Of a DNA stretch of 64,000 bases, positions 59,769 to 64,000 are shown piece by piece. Position 1 is the stretch's first letter; each line of letters opens with the position of its first letter. Below the pieces are notes generated by a model. The model was not told the DNA's origin and made no database searches. It saw only the letters and a program-made list of their open reading frames with translations. The position numbers and the translations under genes are program-made. This stretch comes from Candidatus Sumerlaeaceae bacterium (lineage in GTDB: Bacteria; Sumerlaeota; Sumerlaeia; Sumerlaeales; Sumerlaeaceae), in the NCBI GenBank assembly GCA_049968255.1, contig JBMFRB010000001.1, forward strand, positions 192,001 to 256,000. The letters are read 5' to 3'.

Positions 59769-60485
59769 GTGGCTACGAAAAAAGCTACTTCTGCGAGTGC
59801 GCGGAATGAACCATCGTTCCAGCTTCCGCGAATCATGGTAACAACTGACGTGGTTCTCTTCACATTTGAGGAACAACAGCTCAAGGTGCTTTTGGTCAAG
59901 CGGGCAACACCGCCGTTCGAAGGTCTGTGGGCCTTCCCCGGAGGAATACTGGAAGAAAATGAAGAGCTTGAAGAGTGTGCGCTGCGCGAGCTCAAGGAGG
60001 AGACAGGGCTTACCACCGCGCGCTTGAAACAGTTTGGGGCCGTCGGAACAATCGGGCGAGATCCGCGTGGACGATCGGTAAGCATTGTGTACTTCGGAGC
60101 AGTGCCGGCGGAAGTTTCGAACCCGGAACCCGGAGAAGAAGTTGCCGATGCTCAGTTCCACATGGTAAAGCGGCGGCCGCGTCTGGCTTTTGACCACGAG
60201 CAGATTCTCAAGGCTATCCTGAATCGGTTGCGGGAAGAAATCGTTCAGTCGGAGCTACTTTTTGACTTCTTCCGGTCAGTGATTCCATCCGCTGATATGC
60301 TTGCACTCATCGAACAGATTTGGGGAACGACGGCTGACCGCCGCAAATGGGATGGCTGGATGCATAGCTTGCCATTCCTTCAGGAGATGAGCGGTGGTGA
60401 CCGTTTCCGGCTGGACCGCACCGAGATGCGCCGTTGGTTGCGCAATCACACACTGAACATCGCAGAGCTTTTCCCCACAACATAA
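59769..60485 (+). CDS. NrtR-like Nudix hydrolase / transcriptional regulator
   Basis: VTTDVVLF, LLVKR..PF.G.WAFPGG, intact Nudix box, RDPRGR, LAFDH; short divergent C-terminal wHTH-like region. Confidence 0.8.
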   Translation: MATKKATSASARNEPSFQLPRIMVTTDVVLFTFEEQQLKVLLVKRATPPFEGLWAFPGGILEENEELEECALRELKEETGLTTARLKQFGAVGTIGRDPRGRSVSIVYFGAVPAEVSNPEPGEEVADAQFHMVKRRPRLAFDHEQILKAILNRLREEIVQSELLFDFFRSVIPSADMLALIEQIWGTTADRRKWDGWMHSLPFLQEMSGGDRFRLDRTEMRRWLRNHTLNIAELFPTT

Positions 60486-60608
60486 TTTGTGAGAAAAAGC
60501 GCCTCCTGCGGCGTAGATTGGTCGTCAGCAGACAGCTAGAGCGATGGTCCCCGCAGAATTCGGAGTGTGCTAAATCTTTCGCGCCTTTACACCCCAAAAG
60601 GAGAGTGA

Positions 60609-62087
60609 ATGGGCTTCTCTTTCAGCGATCCCCCAGCCTACGAGGATGTTGTTCGGTTTTTTGAGTGCCTCATCGATTACGAAAGAGGACGACACAGCCG
60701 CTTTCGTGAGGAAACACGCGAGACGGATCTCGAGAGATTTCGTCGCCTTTTGGACGACCTTGGCTCGCCACAATTTTGCGCGCCGACCTTTCATGTGGCC
60801 GGGACGAAGGGCAAAGGCTCTGTGTGCGCCTTTTTGGCGAGTATATTGGGAAAAGTTGGATTGCGTGTGGGACTTTACACCTCACCCCACATCGAGAACT
60901 ACTGCGAAAGGATCCGCGTAAATGACGCGAATATCTCGGATCAAGAATTGGCGCACCTCATTGCCGCCCTCGCGCCAAAAGTCGAGAAAAATTTCTCTGC
61001 CAAAGGGGAGGGCTTTCGCACGGTTTTCGAACTTCTGACGGCGGCTGGTTTTGTTTATTTCAGCCGTCAAGGCGTGGATGTTCTCGTCGTTGAAACTGGT
61101 CTCGGCGGACGACTCGATGCAACAAACGTGTTCGCTCAGCAGCGCAGAAATTTTGACGTGCCCCATGTGAGCGTTATCACATCCATTGGCTACGATCACA
61201 TGGAGATTTTGGGCGACACAATCGAAAAGATTTCTGCGGAAAAGGCTGGGATTATCCATCATCAGGCCTCTGTTGTCGTAGGGGCTCAGGCTCCTCTCTA
61301 CCGCGATGCGGTCAGAAAGGTCATCGAGAACCGCGCCGCCAAAGTTGGCTGCCATCGCGTTTTTTATGCCGAAGAGCTTGTAGAAAGCGCGTTTGTTCCT
61401 GAGCTGACGTCGCTCAGCGAAGTGACTCACGGTGCAGGCGAATTTGTGCTCACTAAGGAAGGCCAGCGGCATTTTTCGAGCACCTCGCTAGGGCAACAAC
61501 TCGCGAAGGGAATTCGGCTCAAGGTCGGTCTACCAGGGCTCCACCAGCTCGAAAACCTTCGCACAACTCTTGTGGCGTTGCTTGCTGCTGAGCAACTCGG
61601 GATGGGGCGAGTTTCTACGGCGGCTCTTATGGCCGGAAGTCGTGATGTTCGTTGGCCAGGGCGCTTCGAAATTCTTAGCCGAGAACCAGTGGTGGTAGTC
61701 GACGGTGCGCATTGCGAGCTGTCCACGATGGCGATGGCAAAGACTTACCGCCAACTGTGGGGAAATCAGTCCGTCCACGTTGTCCTTGGGCTTATGCAGG
61801 ACAAAGCTCTCTCGAGAATTCTCGCTGCCACGCGCGGTTTACTTCCAGCGTCTCGCTATTACTGCTGCACGCCACCAAGCCCACGGGGGCGCCCGGCGGC
61901 CGAAGTAGCAGCCGAGGTGAAAGAAACTCTCGGTGTCGAGGCCGAAGCTTATGATTCGCCGCAAGAGGCGGTTACAGCGGCTTGGCAAAGCGCTCGACGT
62001 GAGGGCGCTGGCATTATCGCATTCGGATCGTTTTACCTAGTGGCACCTTATAAACGCATATTGGCTCGCCTGCTTCAGGATAGCTAA
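60609..62087 (+). CDS. folC: Folylpolyglutamate synthase / dihydrofolate synthase
   Basis: HVAGTKGKGS, YTSPH, ETGLGGRLDATNV, IGYDH..LGDT.EKISAEKAGI, WPGRFE, DGAH, FGSFYL. Confidence 0.95.
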   Translation: MGFSFSDPPAYEDVVRFFECLIDYERGRHSRFREETRETDLERFRRLLDDLGSPQFCAPTFHVAGTKGKGSVCAFLASILGKVGLRVGLYTSPHIENYCERIRVNDANISDQELAHLIAALAPKVEKNFSAKGEGFRTVFELLTAAGFVYFSRQGVDVLVVETGLGGRLDATNVFAQQRRNFDVPHVSVITSIGYDHMEILGDTIEKISAEKAGIIHHQASVVVGAQAPLYRDAVRKVIENRAAKVGCHRVFYAEELVESAFVPELTSLSEVTHGAGEFVLTKEGQRHFSSTSLGQQLAKGIRLKVGLPGLHQLENLRTTLVALLAAEQLGMGRVSTAALMAGSRDVRWPGRFEILSREPVVVVDGAHCELSTMAMAKTYRQLWGNQSVHVVLGLMQDKALSRILAATRGLLPASRYYCCTPPSPRGRPAAEVAAEVKETLGVEAEAYDSPQEAVTAAWQSARREGAGIIAFGSFYLVAPYKRILARLLQDS

Positions 62088-62195
62088 AGGTCCCGAAGCA
62101 CTCTAAGCGCCGTCGCCGCGCGGCACCTTGCTGTGTCCGCATTTCGACGAGACACAGCAAAAAACTGCACAGAAAAGGTCAAGACATCAACGGAC

Positions 62196-63995
62196 CTACT
62201 GCTCGACCTTGAGGACTGCCATAAAAGCTTCCTGCGGAATTTCGACGCGCCCCAACTGTTTCATGCGCTTCTTGCCTTCTTTCTGCTTTTCCAGGAGCTT
62301 GCGCTTGCGGGTAATGTCGCCTCCGTAGCATTTCGCGGTCACGTTTTTGCGCAGCGCTTTCACGGTTTCTCGTGCCAAAACCTTACCACCGATTGCGGCC
62401 TGAATGGCAACCTCGAAAAGCTGGCGCGGAACCAACTCTTTGAGCTTTTCGACCAAGGCACGTCCGCGATAGTAAGCCTGTTCGCGATGCACAATCGTCG
62501 AAAGGGCATCGACAATTTCACCGTTGATGAGGATATCGAGTTTCACCATGTCGGCTGGACGATACTCGGCCAGCTCGTAATCAAAGCTCGCGTAACCTTG
62601 CGACAGCGACTTTAGTTTGTCATAAAAATCGAGGATGACTTCGCCAAGCGGCAGTTCGTACTCGAGCAGCACCCGATTTTCTGTGATGTAGTGCATTTGC
62701 CGCTGAACTCCGCGCTTCTGCTGAAGGAGCTGTATGAGGTTGCCGAGGTATTGCGGGGGCGTGATGATGCGCGCGATAATAAAGGGCTCCTCGATGACCT
62801 CGATTTCACCGGGCGAAGGCATTTTCGTCGGATTGTCCACAAAGAGAACCTCTCCATTGCGCTTCGTGACCCGATAAACGACGTTCGGCGCCGTGGTGAT
62901 AAGGTTCAAGTTGAACTCGCGCTCGAGCCGCTCTTGGACAATCTCCATGTGGAGGAGGCCAAGGAAGCCGCAACGGAAGCCGAATCCGAGAGCGGCCGAA
63001 GTCTCCGGTTCATAAAAGAAGCTCGAATCGTTCAATCGGAGTTTTTCGATGGCGTCCTTGAGGTCATCATAGTCCTCGGAGTTGATGGGATAGAGTCCGG
63101 CAAACACAACGGGCCGCGCGGGCTTGTAGCCGGGAAGCGGAGTCGTAGCCGGGCGCTTGTCGTGCGTGATGGTATCGCCGACGCGCACCGAAGCCACATC
63201 CTTGATAGAAGCAATCACGTAACCGACCTCTCCCGCACCGAGCGAGTCGGTTTCGACCATTTTGGGGCTGAAGTACCCTACCTCGTCCACTTCGTAATCG
63301 GCTTGGGTGGACATGACGCGGATGCGCTCACCTTTCTTCAACACGCCGTCCACAACGCGCACGTACGTCACCACTCCGCGGAAGCTATCGTACTTCGAGT
63401 CGAAGATCAGCGCACGCAACGGCGCGTTGGGATCGCCTTGCGGCGGAGGAATTCGCTCAACAACAGCCTCGAGAATTTCGTCCGTGCCAATGCCAAGCTT
63501 AGCGCTCGCGAGGATGGCTTGCGATGCGTCGATTCCAACGATGTGTTCGATTTGGCGTCGCACCGCCTCGGGATCAGCGCCCGGGAGGTCTATTTTGTTG
63601 ATGACCGGAATGATTTCAAGGTTCTGCTCGATCGCAAGGTAAACATTGGCAAGCGTCTGAGCTTCGACACCTTGTGCAGCGTCCACGACAAGCAAAGCAC
63701 CCTCGCAGGCAGCAAGGCTGCGGGATACCTCATAGGTGAAATCCACGTGACCGGGCGTATCAATGAGATTGAGCTCGTAAAGCTGGCCGTTCTTCGCACG
63801 GTAAGGCAGCCGAACAGCTTGAGCCTTGATCGTGATGCCGCGCTCGCGCTCGAGGTCCATGGAGTCCAGGATTTGATCGCGCATCTCGCGCGAGCTCACG
63901 ACTTGGGTGCGCTCGATGAGGCGGTCGGCCAACGTGCTCTTTCCATGGTCAATATGCGCAATGATGCAGAAATTTCGTATGTTTTTAAGTTCCAT
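62196..63995 (-). CDS. lepA: Translation elongation factor 4 (LepA)
   Basis: [71 protein letters not shown]. Confidence 0.98.
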   Translation of the reverse strand: MELKNIRNFCIIAHIDHGKSTLADRLIERTQVVSSREMRDQILDSMDLERERGITIKAQAVRLPYRAKNGQLYELNLIDTPGHVDFTYEVSRSLAACEGALLVVDAAQGVEAQTLANVYLAIEQNLEIIPVINKIDLPGADPEAVRRQIEHIVGIDASQAILASAKLGIGTDEILEAVVERIPPPQGDPNAPLRALIFDSKYDSFRGVVTYVRVVDGVLKKGERIRVMSTQADYEVDEVGYFSPKMVETDSLGAGEVGYVIASIKDVASVRVGDTITHDKRPATTPLPGYKPARPVVFAGLYPINSEDYDDLKDAIEKLRLNDSSFFYEPETSAALGFGFRCGFLGLLHMEIVQERLEREFNLNLITTAPNVVYRVTKRNGEVLFVDNPTKMPSPGEIEVIEEPFIIARIITPPQYLGNLIQLLQQKRGVQRQMHYITENRVLLEYELPLGEVILDFYDKLKSLSQGYASFDYELAEYRPADMVKLDILINGEIVDALSTIVHREQAYYRGRALVEKLKELVPRQLFEVAIQAAIGGKVLARETVKALRKNVTAKCYGGDITRKRKLLEKQKEGKKRMKQLGRVEIPQEAFMAVLKVEQ

Positions 63996-64000
63996 GGGCC

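Overview
A 64-kb, gene-dense chromosomal segment of moderately high GC from a diderm bacterium (kdsA is present). The protein styles, including the pilin-like folds, many GT-C enzymes and a C-terminal VDEWALY tail, suggest a PVC-adjacent candidate lineage such as Sumerlaeota/BRC1; this is inference only. Most genes are housekeeping: secA (partial), plsX, rpmF, dinG-like, topA, adk, ahpD/ahpC, thiG, kdsA, panE, cysE, lplA-like, aceE/aceF, gatB, a U32/RlhA-like gene, era, queE, an M42 peptidase, mutT-like, nnr, folC and lepA. These are interleaved with surface-glycan genes (Wzz, Wzm, two GT4, five GT-C-like membrane proteins) and a three-gene pseudopilin cluster. I saw no rRNA, tRNA, CRISPR array or mobile element. 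The best candidate for an undescribed system lies at 30.0-31.6 kb. A clear cobalamin riboswitch is followed by a hairpin-sequesterable perfect Shine-Dalgarno and a 19-codon ORF. Downstream is a single, terminator-bounded gene for a secreted, beta-propeller-like protein ending in a Pro/Thr linker plus VDEWALY. This suggests an uncharacterised B12-scavenging surface protein with a non-canonical C-terminal sorting signal. Other notable items are a YgfK-like protein missing its central FAD/NAD(P)H module, an orphan Xdh molybdopterin subunit, a pseudopilin with an acidic Ca-binding-like insert, and an NrtR-like gene divergent from nnr with intergenic palindromes.
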